A DNA stretch of 64,000 nucleotides from an uncultured Acidobacteriota bacterium (GTDB taxonomy: Bacteria > Acidobacteriota > Polarisedimenticolia > J045): the NCBI GenBank assembly GCA_963702425.1, contig CAVPCQ010000024.1, positions 1 to 64,000 on the forward strand. The letters are read 5' to 3'. The position numbers and the translations under genes were made by a program. How positions within the stretch are numbered: position 1 is the first letter of the stretch; every line of letters starts with the position of its first letter. Below are positions 1 to 9,931 of this stretch, in pieces. A model generated the notes under the pieces. The model did not search any database, was not told the DNA's origin, and worked only from the letters and a program-made list of their open reading frames with translations.

Positions 1-1455
1 ATGGACACTGCCGATCCCACCGCACTGCGAGCCGGCCTCCATTCCGTCGCGAACCGGGCCGCCGACTTCCTGGAGACTTTGCCCACCCGACATGCCTGCG
101 GCGGGGTGACTCCGGAGGAGTTGCTTCGGGCATTGGACGGACCGCTCCCGGAGGACGGCACCCCGGCCGACCAGGTGATCCGCGAGCTGGCCGCCGATGT
201 CGAGCTCGGCCTGGTGGCGACCGCCGGCCCTCGATACTTCGGGTTCGTGGTCGGCGGCGCTACGCACGGCAGCCTGATGGCCGACTGGCTCACTTCGGCC
301 TGGGACCAGAACGCGCAGGTCTACGCCACCTCGCCGGCGGCTGCGGCGGCCGAGGTCGTCGCCGCACGGTGGATCGTCGAGCTGCTCGGCTTGCCCGCAT
401 GCTCGTCGGTCGGCTTCGTCACGGGCTGCCAGATGGCCAACTTCGCGGCGCTCTCGAGCGCCAGGAACACCGTGCTCGAGCGCGCGGGCTGGGACATCGG
501 CAGCCAGGGGCTGTTCGGCGCCCCGCCCATCGCCGTGTTCATGAGCGAGTGCGCCCACGCGACCGTCCGGTCGGCGCTCCGGATGATGGGCGTCGGCTCC
601 GCGCAGATCCGCGAGATTCCGGCGGATGCGGAGGGACGGATGAGCCTGCCCGCCCTGCAGGACGAGCTGCGGCGCGCGGCGGGTCGGCCGATGATCCTCT
701 CGCTCCAGGCCGGGAACGTGAACACCGGCGCGTTCGAGCCGATCGACGCGGTCGCCGACCTCGTGCGGGCGGAGAACGCCTGGATCCACGTGGACGGCGC
801 GTTCGGGCTCTGGGCGGCGGTCTCGCCGGGGCTGCGGGGCCAGTTGCGCGGATTGGAGCGCGCCGACTCCTGGGCCACCGACGCGCACAAGTGGCTCAAC
901 GTGCCCTACGACTCGGGCCTCGTGATCGTGAAGGACCCGGCGCGGCATCGCAGCCTCAAGACGGACCGCTGCGCCTACGCCGGGGAAGAAGCGGAGGACC
1001 GGCGGGACGGCTCGACCTGGGTTCCCGAGAATTCACGGCGGGCCCGGGCCTTCGTGCTCTACGCCGTGCTTCGGGAGCTGGGACGATCCGGCGTCCGCGC
1101 GATCGTCGAGCGGTGCTGCTCGCTGGCGCTGCGGTTCGCGCTGGAGGCCGCGCGGCTTCCGGGTGCGCGGGTGCTGAACGAGGTCGTCCTGAACCAGGTC
1201 CTCGTCCGCTTCGATGTCCCGGGTGTTGACGATTCTCCTGCGCTTCACGCGGCGATCGCCGCGCGCGTCCAGGCGGAAGGCCGGTGCTGGCTGGGGACGA
1301 CCACCTGGCGCGGGCAGCCGGCACTCCGGGTGTCGATCTGCAACTGGTCGACGACCGACGCCGACATCACAGTGACATTGGAGTCATTGGCGCGAGCCGT
1401 TCGAGCGGAATCGAACGGATTCCCCGGACGTGAGGAGGCCGACCATGCACCGTGA
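1..1455 (+). CDS. PLP-dependent group II decarboxylase (aromatic-L-amino-acid decarboxylase family)
   Basis: PRYFGFV, HVDGAFG and DSWATDAHKWLNVPYDSG (PLP lysine) motifs. Confidence 0.9.
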   Translation: MDTADPTALRAGLHSVANRAADFLETLPTRHACGGVTPEELLRALDGPLPEDGTPADQVIRELAADVELGLVATAGPRYFGFVVGGATHGSLMADWLTSAWDQNAQVYATSPAAAAAEVVAARWIVELLGLPACSSVGFVTGCQMANFAALSSARNTVLERAGWDIGSQGLFGAPPIAVFMSECAHATVRSALRMMGVGSAQIREIPADAEGRMSLPALQDELRRAAGRPMILSLQAGNVNTGAFEPIDAVADLVRAENAWIHVDGAFGLWAAVSPGLRGQLRGLERADSWATDAHKWLNVPYDSGLVIVKDPARHRSLKTDRCAYAGEEAEDRRDGSTWVPENSRRARAFVLYAVLRELGRSGVRAIVERCCSLALRFALEAARLPGARVLNEVVLNQVLVRFDVPGVDDSPALHAAIAARVQAEGRCWLGTTTWRGQPALRVSICNWSTTDADITVTLESLARAVRAESNGFPGREEADHAP

Positions 1456-2131
1456 GGGACACCGCAGCGAGCGGATCGGCTGGTTGCGCGCCGCAGTGCT
1501 GGGCGCCAACGACGGCCTCATCTCGACCAGCAGCCTGGTCGTGGGCGTGGCGGCCTCCGACACGGGCCAGGCAGCGATCCTGCTGACTGCCGTCGCGGGG
1601 CTCGCCGCCGGCGCCCTGTCGATGGCGGCCGGCGAATACGTCTCGGTCAGCTCCCAGGCGGACACCGAGCAGGCCGATCTCGCGCGCGAGCGGGGCGAGC
1701 TCGCATCCTCGCCGGAGTCCGAGCGCGAGGAGCTGGCGGCGATCTACGGCACCCGAGGCGTCGGTCGCGAGCTGGCGCTCCAGGTCGCCGATCAACTGAT
1801 GGCCCACGATGCCCTGGGGGCCCACGCCCGGGACGAACTCGGCATCCACGAGACGACGCGGGCCCGCCCGATCCAGGCCGCGCTGGCATCTGCTGCCTCC
1901 TTCGCGGCCGGGGCGGCGCCGCCGACGGTTCTCGCGGCGATCCTGCCCATCGGCGCCCTGACGCCGGCTGTCGTGGCGGTGACCGTCGCGCTCCTTCTCG
2001 TGCTCGGCGGTGTCGCGGCTCGCCTCGGCGGCGCACCGGTCGCGCGGGGCGCCGTGCGTGTCGCGTTCTGGGGCGCGGTGGCGATGGGGTGTACGGCCGT
2101 GGTCGGGCGCCTCTTCGGTGCAGTCGTCTAG
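1445..2131 (+). CDS. VIT1/CCC1 family iron/manganese transporter
   Basis: LRAAVLGANDGLIS and GALSMAAGEYVSVSSQ signatures; start taken at ATG 1445. Confidence 0.92.
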   Translation: MHREGHRSERIGWLRAAVLGANDGLISTSSLVVGVAASDTGQAAILLTAVAGLAAGALSMAAGEYVSVSSQADTEQADLARERGELASSPESEREELAAIYGTRGVGRELALQVADQLMAHDALGAHARDELGIHETTRARPIQAALASAASFAAGAAPPTVLAAILPIGALTPAVVAVTVALLLVLGGVAARLGGAPVARGAVRVAFWGAVAMGCTAVVGRLFGAVV

Positions 2132-2155
2132 CGGCTCTGCTCTCGGGAGGTCACG

Positions 2156-3196
2156 ATGAGGCATCTCCTCGCGCTCGCGGTCGGCACGCTGCTCTTCGTC
2201 GCCTGCGTCGGCGAGCAACCGCCGAACGCCCCGGCTCCGGCTCCTCCGGGCTACCTCGACAGCACAGGCCGCGACGACGCCCTCAGCGGCGGCGTCAGGC
2301 TGATCCCGGTGAACACGCCGAAGGGCACCTTCCGCGTCTGGACCAAGCGGGTCGGCAACAACCCGCGGATCAAGGTGCTGCTGCTGCACGGCGGGCCCGG
2401 CGCGACCCACGAGTGCTTCGAGGCGTTCGATAGCTGGTTCCCCGCCGCCGGGATCGAGTACTACTACTACGACCAGCTCGGGTCAGCCTACAGCGACCAG
2501 CCGGATGAGCCCGAGCTGTGGGAGCTGCCGCGTTTCGTCGAAGAGGTCGAGCAGGTCCGGCAGGCGCTTGGGCTCGACAAGGACAACTTCTATCTGATCG
2601 GCCAGTCGTGGGGCGGGATCCTGGCGATCGAGTACGCGCTGAAGTACCAGCAGCACCTGAAAGGGCTCGTCATCTCCAACATGATGGCGAGCATCCCGGC
2701 CTACAACGAGTACGCCAACCGCGTGCTGATGCCGGCGATGGACCAGACCGTCCTGGCCGAGATCAAGCGCCTCGAGGCCGAAGGCCGCACCGACGACCCG
2801 CGCTACATGGAGCTGCTGATCCCGCACCACTACGCGCAGCACCTGCTGCGCATACCACCCGATCAGTGGCCCGATCCCGTGGTCCGGACGTTCAAGCACC
2901 TCAACGCGAAGGTGTACGTCCCGATGCAGGGGCCGAGCGAGCTGGGCGCCAGCGGGAAGCTCGTCAACTGGGACCGCACGGCCGATCTCCCGCAGATCAC
3001 GGCGCCCACGCTGGTCATCGGAGCCCGCTACGACACCATGGACCCGGCGCACATCGAGATGATGGCGGGCCGGGTGACGCGCGGGCGCTTTCTCTTCTGC
3101 CCGAACGGGAGCCACCTCGCGATGTACGACGACCAGAAGGTCTACATGAGCGGCCTGATCCAGTTCATTCACGACGTCGACTCCGGCCACATCTGA
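2156..3196 (+). CDS. Proline iminopeptidase-family alpha/beta hydrolase, probable lipoprotein
   Basis: LLHGGPG, YDQLG and GQSWGG nucleophile motifs; N-terminal signal with FVAC lipobox-like motif. Confidence 0.88.
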   Translation: MRHLLALAVGTLLFVACVGEQPPNAPAPAPPGYLDSTGRDDALSGGVRLIPVNTPKGTFRVWTKRVGNNPRIKVLLLHGGPGATHECFEAFDSWFPAAGIEYYYYDQLGSAYSDQPDEPELWELPRFVEEVEQVRQALGLDKDNFYLIGQSWGGILAIEYALKYQQHLKGLVISNMMASIPAYNEYANRVLMPAMDQTVLAEIKRLEAEGRTDDPRYMELLIPHHYAQHLLRIPPDQWPDPVVRTFKHLNAKVYVPMQGPSELGASGKLVNWDRTADLPQITAPTLVIGARYDTMDPAHIEMMAGRVTRGRFLFCPNGSHLAMYDDQKVYMSGLIQFIHDVDSGHI

Positions 3197-3203
3197 GACC
3201 CCC

Positions 3204-3938
3204 GTGAAACAGTCGCTGCCAGACAGGCTCTTCTCCGTCGCGGTCGTCCTGCCCTTCGCGGCCGCGATCGCGTACCTGCACTTTCGGCGGGACGTTCCCT
3301 TCGACCTCTTCATCTACGGGTCCGGCTCCTGGGGGTTCGGCTGCATCCTCAAGCTCCTGCTGTACCACGGCGTCGTCCGGCGGCTCCGCCACGACTCGAC
3401 CCGCATCCTGGGCACGGCCGCGCTGAACGGTCTCGTGTCCGGATTGACCGAGCTGGGCCTCGCGCTGATCTTCTTCGCGTTTCTCCCGGTGCTCACCTTC
3501 TGGGAGGTCGTAGCCTTCGGAGTGGGGATCGGGACGATCGAGGCCCTGCTCGTTGCCACGACGCCGAACCTGCTGAAGGGGACCGCCCTCGAGCCGGCTG
3601 TCGCCGAGTTGGAGGCGATGGTGGCCCGCCTGCCGCGCGGCCGGCGATTCGTGTACGGATACGTCTTCCCTTTCCTGGAACGGCTGATCGCGGTGGGCAT
3701 CCACGTGGGGACCCGGGGGCTGGTCTATGTGGCCTACCGTGCGGTGGATCCGTTACCGTTTCTCCTGGCGATGGCGGCGTTCGTCCTCGCGGACGGCGTC
3801 GTCGGCTATCGTCTCGTCTACCAGGGGAAGCTCAGCGATCTCCGCACCCTCAACCTGACGTACGTCGCGCTCGCCGCCATCGCGCTGCTCGCCGTCGCGT
3901 GCTTCCTGCTGTACTGGCCGGACGGCGCGGTCCCGTGA
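3204..3938 (+). CDS. Multi-pass membrane protein, YhfC/PrsW-like intramembrane glutamic protease candidate
   Basis: Several TM segments with G..E, FGVGIGTIEA and ERLIAVGIH motifs. Confidence 0.55.
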   Translation: MKQSLPDRLFSVAVVLPFAAAIAYLHFRRDVPFDLFIYGSGSWGFGCILKLLLYHGVVRRLRHDSTRILGTAALNGLVSGLTELGLALIFFAFLPVLTFWEVVAFGVGIGTIEALLVATTPNLLKGTALEPAVAELEAMVARLPRGRRFVYGYVFPFLERLIAVGIHVGTRGLVYVAYRAVDPLPFLLAMAAFVLADGVVGYRLVYQGKLSDLRTLNLTYVALAAIALLAVACFLLYWPDGAVP

Positions 3939-4042
3939 AGCAGCAGTTCGCCGTGAAGCGGTTGGCGCAGTCGCTGCAGCCGTGGATCGGGATCGAGCGT
4001 TGAGCGCCCAGTGCGCCCATACTGGCGACCTGAGGAGGCGCC

Positions 4043-4450
4043 ATGGCGACACAGATCTTCGTCAACCTGCCGGTGAAGGACCTCGACCGGTCCGTAGCGT
4101 TTTTCACGAAGCTCGGATTCCGCTTCGATCCCCAATTCACCGACGAGCACGCGACCTGCATGATCGTCTGTGAGAACATCTACATCATGCTGCTGGTGGA
4201 GGAGTTCTTCCGTTCGTTCACGAAGAAGGCGATCTGCAACGCGAGAACATGCACCGAGGCGATCGTCTGCCTGTCCGTCGCGAACCGGGCGGAGGTCGAC
4301 GGAATGGTCGCGAGGGCCCTCGCGGCCGGCGGTGCGGTTCCGAACGAGTCCAAGGACTACGGGTTCATGTACGGGCACGGGTTCGAGGACCTGGACGGGC
4401 ACCTCTGGGAGGTCATGTACATGGACGCGAAGTCAGCTCACAGGAGCTAG
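4043..4450 (+). CDS. VOC/glyoxalase family protein
   Basis: IFVNLPVKDL...FMYGHGFEDLDGHLWEV; GAGGAGG RBS. Confidence 0.9.
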   Translation: MATQIFVNLPVKDLDRSVAFFTKLGFRFDPQFTDEHATCMIVCENIYIMLLVEEFFRSFTKKAICNARTCTEAIVCLSVANRAEVDGMVARALAAGGAVPNESKDYGFMYGHGFEDLDGHLWEVMYMDAKSAHRS

Positions 4451-4456
4451 GCGGCC

Positions 4457-4825
4457 GTGCTCGCGAAACGCAGGAACGTCCTGTTCGCGCTCGTCGGCGC
4501 AGCCGGGCTGCTGCTCAAGGGGCGCTACGCGGGGCCGTTCCAGGAACTCGTCCGCAACTACGGCGGCAATCTCGCCGCTTCCTTCGCCGTCTACTTCATC
4601 GTCCTGAATCTCCGGTTTCCCCCGCGGTATGCGCGGCCCTGCGCGGCGGGGCTCGCGCTGGCGGTGGTCGAGCTGTTCGAGGTGACGAACGGCTTCGGCG
4701 TGATGGCCAACGTCTACGATTCGGTCGATCTTGCCGCGAACGCGGTGGGGGTCGCGCTCGCGCTGGCGGTTGACGCGGCGACGAGCCGCATGGTCAGTCC
4801 ACCTGAAGGGAGGATCCGTGCCTGA
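4457..4825 (+). CDS. Small membrane protein of unknown function
   Basis: About four hydrophobic segments; in operon-like spacing with neighbours. Confidence 0.6.
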   Translation: MLAKRRNVLFALVGAAGLLLKGRYAGPFQELVRNYGGNLAASFAVYFIVLNLRFPPRYARPCAAGLALAVVELFEVTNGFGVMANVYDSVDLAANAVGVALALAVDAATSRMVSPPEGRIRA

Positions 4826-5054
4826 TCCTGTGACCTGCGAGAGCTGCAGCATGCCGATCGAAAGCGGCCGCTATTGCCGCTACTGCGTCGACGAGAGCGG
4901 CGAGCTGCAGCCGTTCGACGTCCGATTCGAGCGCATGGTGCAATGGATGCTCGAGAGCGACCCTGAGCTCGGGCGCGCCGAGGCGGAGTCGCGGACGCGC
5001 GCGCACATGCGCACGATGCCGGCGTGGAAGGACCACCCGAGCCTTGCAAGGTAG
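4818..5054 (+). CDS. Small zinc-ribbon protein
   Basis: CESCSMP...YCRYC and C-terminal MPAWK; GGAGG RBS before GTG 4818. Confidence 0.75.
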   Translation: MPDPVTCESCSMPIESGRYCRYCVDESGELQPFDVRFERMVQWMLESDPELGRAEAESRTRAHMRTMPAWKDHPSLAR

Positions 5055-5123
5055 CCGGCCGGCCGGGGCAGGACTGATGCGACGGGGCAGTGTGTTCCGG
5101 CGGCGCGGTGCGAGGACCTGAGC

Positions 5124-5618
5124 GTGCGGGGCACCTTCGTCCGGGGCGTCGCGATCTGGGCGCTCATCGCACTGGCCGAGACACTGCAGGGCGTCCTGCG
5201 CGCGCTGCTGCTGCAGCCGGTGGTCGGCGAGCTGCGCTCGCGGCAGATCGCCGTCTTCACCGGCTCGATCGTCATCCTGGCGATCGCGACCGCGGCGTCG
5301 CGCTGGCTGGGCGCCCGGAGCCGGCGCGAGCTGACAGCCGTCGGGCTGCTGTGGCTCGGGCTGATGCTCGCCTTCGAGATCTTGCTCGGCCGGTTCGTGG
5401 CGGGGTTCAGCTGGGAGCGGATCACCGCGGACTACGACCCCCGGCGCGGCGGGCTGCTGCTCTTCGGGATGGCGGTCATCGCAGTGTCGCCGCTCGTCGC
5501 GGCAAGGATCCGCGGCGTTGCCGCGCTCGACGGGCCGCCACGGAGGGCGGCCCCTACCGGGCCGGAGCCGGGTGATCGACGCGCCAGTACGCCCCGCCGC
5601 CCCCCTCGCGCTCCATGA
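5124..5618 (+). CDS. Hypothetical membrane protein
   Basis: Four TM segments, WLGLMLAFE..GR motif. Confidence 0.65.
   Translation: MRGTFVRGVAIWALIALAETLQGVLRALLLQPVVGELRSRQIAVFTGSIVILAIATAASRWLGARSRRELTAVGLLWLGLMLAFEILLGRFVAGFSWERITADYDPRRGGLLLFGMAVIAVSPLVAARIRGVAALDGPPRRAAPTGPEPGDRRASTPRRPPRAP
5532..5557 (-). repeat. GTAG-type REP-like palindrome, variant B (GTAGGGGCCGCCCTCCGTGGCGGCCC)
   Basis: Same architecture as copies at 16206, 18451-18578 and 29999-30125. Confidence 0.7.
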
Positions 5619-6143
5619 GCCCGAACTCGACCAGGTTGCGGCGCAGCCGCGCGGTGTCCTCGCTGAAGCGCGCGAGGATCTCGTTGACCTGCTTCTCGCC
5701 GTAGCGCTGCCCGGGCTCGAACTCGCGCACGACGAAGCGCAGGATCGCCTGCTCCTTCTTCCGCTGGACGGGGAACGCGCGCAGCCGGCCGTCGGCGTCC
5801 ATGTAGGTTCGCAGCACCTTCCGGTCGTAGGCATCGACGTCCACGTCCGCTGCGACGCCGGGCAACGTCTCCTTCGCGAGCAGCCGCTGCGCCATGTCGG
5901 CCAGCGCCTTCGGCTCGAGGCGATAGATGCTGTAGTAGCCCTCGGCCCGCGCCGACACGAGGCCGACGCGCGACAGCCTGGCGAGGTGGTGCGAGACGGT
6001 GGACGAGCTGAGGCCGAGCATCTCCGCCAGCTGCTCCACCGACAGCGGCTCGTTCGAGAGCAGCGCGATGATCCGCAGGCGATTGGCGTCGGCGACGGCC
6101 TTGAAGAGGGCGAGCATCTCGTCGAGCGGGGGGACTCGGTCAT
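5554..6143 (-). CDS. ArsR/SmtB family regulator with C-terminal DUF2087-like domain
   Basis: FKAVADANRLRII...STVSHHLARL HTH; YGEKQVNEIL..DTARLRRNLVEFGLM; ATG 6143 joins the frame if the G6 run at 6128-6133 is one base short. Confidence 0.85.
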
Positions 6144-6356
6144 GGGGGCTCCTTGGTTCATTTCGATACTTATCGATTTAATTCTACGCAGATGGAAGGG
6201 TGTACGCAAGACGGACCACCCATGTGTTTGTTTCGCAACAGTTTAGATTGGACCGTGCGGCGGAGTAGACTGCGGTCCGCGACACGGGGTACCGCGCCGT
6301 TCGCGAAGGAGGCTCGAAGACCGCATGGCGCCAGGCGAGACGAACGAGCGGCCCGC

Positions 6357-7598
6357 GTGACTGGCGGGAGCGCCGCGCAGCGCGAGCACCTGACGCTCGA
6401 CGAGGCCCGCCGGATCGCGCTCGCCGCGCAGGGGTTCGACCGGCCGCGCCCGCGTCGCCGGCCCGGCGAGGCGGCGCTGCTGGCGCTGGTTCGGCAGCTC
6501 GGCCTGCTGCAGCTCGACTTCGTCAACGTCGTCGTGCCGTCGCACTACCTCGTCCCCTTCTCCCGCCTCGGCGCCTACGACCCGGCGCGGCTCGACGCGC
6601 TGGCCACGCGGCGGCGCGCGCTGACCGAGCAGTGGGCGCGCGAAGCGTCGCTGGTCCCGCTCGAGACCTGGCCGCTCCTGCTGCACCGCTCGCCTGATCA
6701 CGACCGGCGCGCGCGGGCGCTCGAGGCGTTCATGACGGAGCACGCCGCCTATTCCGCGCGCGTGCTGGCAGAGGTCCGCGAGCGCGGCCCGCTCGCCGCC
6801 GACGAGGTGATGCCGCCGCCCGGCGCGGAGCGGCGCGACCGCAGCGGGTGGGGCTGGAGCCCGGCGCGCGCGGCGCTCGAGGGACACCTGGCGCGCGGCA
6901 CGCTCGCCGTCGTGCGCCGCCGCGCCGACCGCGCGCGCGTCTACGACCTCGTCGAGCGGGTGCTCCCGACCGCGCGCCTCGAGCGCCCCGCCGGCCGCCC
7001 CGCTGATCGCGACGGCGCGAGCCGCGAGCTGCTGCTGATCGCTGCGCGCGCGTCGGGGGTCGCGACCGCCGGCGACCTGGCGGACTGCTTCCGGATCCCG
7101 GTGCGCGACGCGCGGCGTCTCGCGGCGCAGCTGGCAGATGAAGGGCAGCTCCGCGAGGTGCGGGTCCTGGGCTGGAAGGAGACCGCTTTCCTGGACCCCG
7201 GCGCGCGCCGGCCGGCGTCGATCGACGCCTGCGCCCTGCTGTCCCCCTTCGACCCGCTCGTCTGCTACCGCGCCCGCGCCCTGCGCCTGTTCGGCTTCGA
7301 CTACCGCTGGGAGATCTTCACACCGGCCGCGAAGCGGCGCTGGGGAACGCACGTCCTCCCCTTCCTGCTGGGTGAACGGCTGGTGGCACGCGTCGACCTG
7401 CGCGCCGATCGCGCGGAGGGGCGCCTGACCGTGCTCGCAGCACACGCCGAGCCGGGGATCGACCGCGCGGCCGCCGGGCGCGCATTGACCGGCGAGCTGC
7501 GCGCGCTCGCCGCGTGGCTCGGGCTGCGGGCCGCACCCGCGGCCGGGGGAAAGGCGCTGGTAGCATGGCGGCCGAAGGCCCGGAGCCCTCGCCCGTGA
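6357..7598 (+). CDS. YcaQ/AlkZ-like (HTH_42) DNA crosslink-repair glycosylase
   Basis: ARRIALAAQG, catalytic-type QxD (LQLD), LLSPFDPL, FDYRWEIFTP..KRRWG; start uncertain. Confidence 0.85.
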   Translation: MTGGSAAQREHLTLDEARRIALAAQGFDRPRPRRRPGEAALLALVRQLGLLQLDFVNVVVPSHYLVPFSRLGAYDPARLDALATRRRALTEQWAREASLVPLETWPLLLHRSPDHDRRARALEAFMTEHAAYSARVLAEVRERGPLAADEVMPPPGAERRDRSGWGWSPARAALEGHLARGTLAVVRRRADRARVYDLVERVLPTARLERPAGRPADRDGASRELLLIAARASGVATAGDLADCFRIPVRDARRLAAQLADEGQLREVRVLGWKETAFLDPGARRPASIDACALLSPFDPLVCYRARALRLFGFDYRWEIFTPAAKRRWGTHVLPFLLGERLVARVDLRADRAEGRLTVLAAHAEPGIDRAAAGRALTGELRALAAWLGLRAAPAAGGKALVAWRPKARSPRP

Positions 7599-9868
7599 AC
7601 GCGCCCTCGCTCGTGAACGCCCGCTCACCCCGCACCCGGCGCTTCCGCATCCCCCGTATCCTGGCCGGGTGCGCGGCCCTTCTGGCCGCCGCCTGCGGCC
7701 CGTCTCCGGCCCCGTCGACGGCCCCCTCCCCGGAGGCCTCGCTCCCGCCGGCGACGTTCGTCGGCAGCGCGCGCTGCGCTGCGTGCCACCAGGCGGAGTT
7801 CGCCGCGTGGAGCGAGTCACAGCACGCGGTGGCGATGCAGGAGCCGACGGCGACGGCGATCCTCGCTCCGTTCGGCGGCGAAACCCTGACTGCGGACGGC
7901 GTCACGTCGACCTTCTTCCGGCGCGACGGCAAGTACGTCGTGCGCACCGACGGGCCGGACGGGACGCTCGCAGACTTCGAGGTCAAGTACGCCTTCGGGG
8001 TCGCACCGCTGCAGCAGTACCTGGTCGAGCTGCCCCGCGGGCACGTGCAGGCGCTGCGGGCCGCCTGGGACGCGCGGCCGAAGGAGGCGGGCGGGCAGCG
8101 CTGGTTCCACCTCTACCCCGGCGAGCGGATCCCGGCCGGCGACGAGCTGCACTGGACCGGCCGGCAGCAGAACTGGAACTTCATGTGCGCGGACTGCCAC
8201 TCGACGAACGTCCGGAAGAACTACGACGCCGGAACGCGCACCTACCGCACCAGCTTCTCCGAGATCAGCGTCGGCTGCGAGGCGTGCCACGGACCCGCTT
8301 CGCGGCACATGGACTGGGCGGCGCACCCGAAGGCGTGGCCGCAGCTGGCCGCGAACAAGGGGATCGTCGCGCCGCTGGTCGAGCGCCGCGGCGTCACCTG
8401 GGCCGTCGACAAGGCGACCGGCCAGCCGGCGCGCAGCACGCCCCGTGCGACCGAGCTCGAGATCGCGATCTGCGCGCGCTGCCACGCCCGCCGCGGCCAG
8501 CTGACGGACGATGTCACCGCCGCCGACCCGCTCGACGACGGCTTCCGCATCGCGCTGCTCGACCCGGGTCTCTACCACCCCGACGGCCAGATGCTCGACG
8601 AGGTCTACAACTACGGCTCCTTCCTGCAGAGCAAGATGTACGCCAAGGGAGTGACCTGCAGCGACTGCCACGAGCCGCACACGATGAAGACCCGCGCCCC
8701 CGGCAACGGCGTCTGCCTGCAGTGCCACGACGGCGCGAAGTACGACGCCCCGGCGCACCACTTCCACAAGCCGGGCACCGACGGCGCGCGCTGCAGCTCC
8801 TGCCACATGCCGACGGCGACCTACATGGTCGTCGATCCGCGCCACGACCACTCGTTCCGCGTCCCGCGCCCGGACCTGTCGGTCGCGCTGGGAACGCCCA
8901 ACACCTGCAGCGTCTGCCACAAGGACCGGTCGGCGGGGTGGGCCGCGGCAGAGATCGCGAAGCGCCGGCCGGCGGGCGCCGCACCGGGCTCGCAGCGGTT
9001 CGGGGAGGCCTTCGCCAACTTCGATCGCGGGGCGCGCGATGCCGCGGCCGCGCTGACGGCGATCTCGGCCGACCCGACGCAGCCGGCGATCGTGCGCGCC
9101 AGCGCGCTGGCCCGCCTCGCGAACGCTGGGGTGCCCGGCAGCGAGACCCTGCTCGCCGGCGCGACGCGCGATCCGAGCGCTCTGGTGCGCGCCGCGGCCG
9201 CGGCCGCGCTGGAGGCCGCCGACCCGGCCTTGCGCGCCCGCCTGCTCGGGCCGCTGCTCGTCGACCCGTCGCGCTCCGTGCGCATCGAGGCTGCGCACGC
9301 CCTGGCCGAGGTGCCGGCGGCCGCGCTCCCCCCGGAGGTGCAGGCCGCACTCCCTCGCGCGATGGAAGACTACCTCGACGTCCAGCGCTTCAACGCCGAC
9401 CGGCCCGAAGCGCTGGTGAACCTCGGCACGGCGCTCGCCGCGCGCGGCGACTTCGACGCCGCGCAGCGCGCCTTCCAGTCGGCGATCGCGTCGGACCGCG
9501 CCTTCGTCCCGGCCTACGTGAACCTGGCCGACGCGTACCGCGGGCGCGGGCAGGAGGCGGAGGCCGAGCGGACCCTGCGCGACGCCCTCGCCGCGATGCC
9601 GGCGAGCGGCGCGGCCCACCACGCGCTGGGGCTCGCGCTGATCCGGCAGTCGCGCGCCGCGGAAGCGGTCGCGGAACTCGGCGAGGCGGCCCGGCTCGAA
9701 CCGGACAACACCCGCTTCGCTTACGTCTACGTCATCGCGCTGCACGACACCGGGGACCCCGCGCGTGCACTCAGCGCGCTCGACGCGGCGCTGAAGCGGC
9801 ACCCGGACGATCCGGGGCTGCGCGAGCTCGTGGCGGCATACCGGCCGGGCGCCGCTCCGGCCCGTTGA
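7595..9868 (+). CDS. Octaheme c-type cytochrome with HEAT/TPR C-terminus, probable lipoprotein
   Basis: Eight CxxCH motifs (CAACH, CADCH, CEACH, CARCH, CSDCH, CLQCH, CSSCH, CSVCH), then helical repeats; LAAAC lipobox-like signal. Confidence 0.88.
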   Translation: MNAPSLVNARSPRTRRFRIPRILAGCAALLAAACGPSPAPSTAPSPEASLPPATFVGSARCAACHQAEFAAWSESQHAVAMQEPTATAILAPFGGETLTADGVTSTFFRRDGKYVVRTDGPDGTLADFEVKYAFGVAPLQQYLVELPRGHVQALRAAWDARPKEAGGQRWFHLYPGERIPAGDELHWTGRQQNWNFMCADCHSTNVRKNYDAGTRTYRTSFSEISVGCEACHGPASRHMDWAAHPKAWPQLAANKGIVAPLVERRGVTWAVDKATGQPARSTPRATELEIAICARCHARRGQLTDDVTAADPLDDGFRIALLDPGLYHPDGQMLDEVYNYGSFLQSKMYAKGVTCSDCHEPHTMKTRAPGNGVCLQCHDGAKYDAPAHHFHKPGTDGARCSSCHMPTATYMVVDPRHDHSFRVPRPDLSVALGTPNTCSVCHKDRSAGWAAAEIAKRRPAGAAPGSQRFGEAFANFDRGARDAAAALTAISADPTQPAIVRASALARLANAGVPGSETLLAGATRDPSALVRAAAAAALEAADPALRARLLGPLLVDPSRSVRIEAAHALAEVPAAALPPEVQAALPRAMEDYLDVQRFNADRPEALVNLGTALAARGDFDAAQRAFQSAIASDRAFVPAYVNLADAYRGRGQEAEAERTLRDALAAMPASGAAHHALGLALIRQSRAAEAVAELGEAARLEPDNTRFAYVYVIALHDTGDPARALSALDAALKRHPDDPGLRELVAAYRPGAAPAR

Positions 9869-9873
9869 AACGC

Positions 9874-9905
9874 CGGACAGCGGGAGGTCGTCCTCCCGCT
9901 GTCCG
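9874..9905. terminator. Perfect 14-bp stem hairpin between convergent genes
   Basis: CGGACAGCGGGAGG-TCGT-CCTCCCGCTGTCCG. Confidence 0.7.
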
Positions 9906-9931
9906 TCCGTGCGCGGTTCGACGGCCTGGCC

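Noticed and set aside
6325-6360. 11-codon uORF with AAGGAGG RBS ahead of the YcaQ-like gene
   Set aside because: Equally explained as the true start separated by a one-base sequencing error; cannot be distinguished from sequence alone
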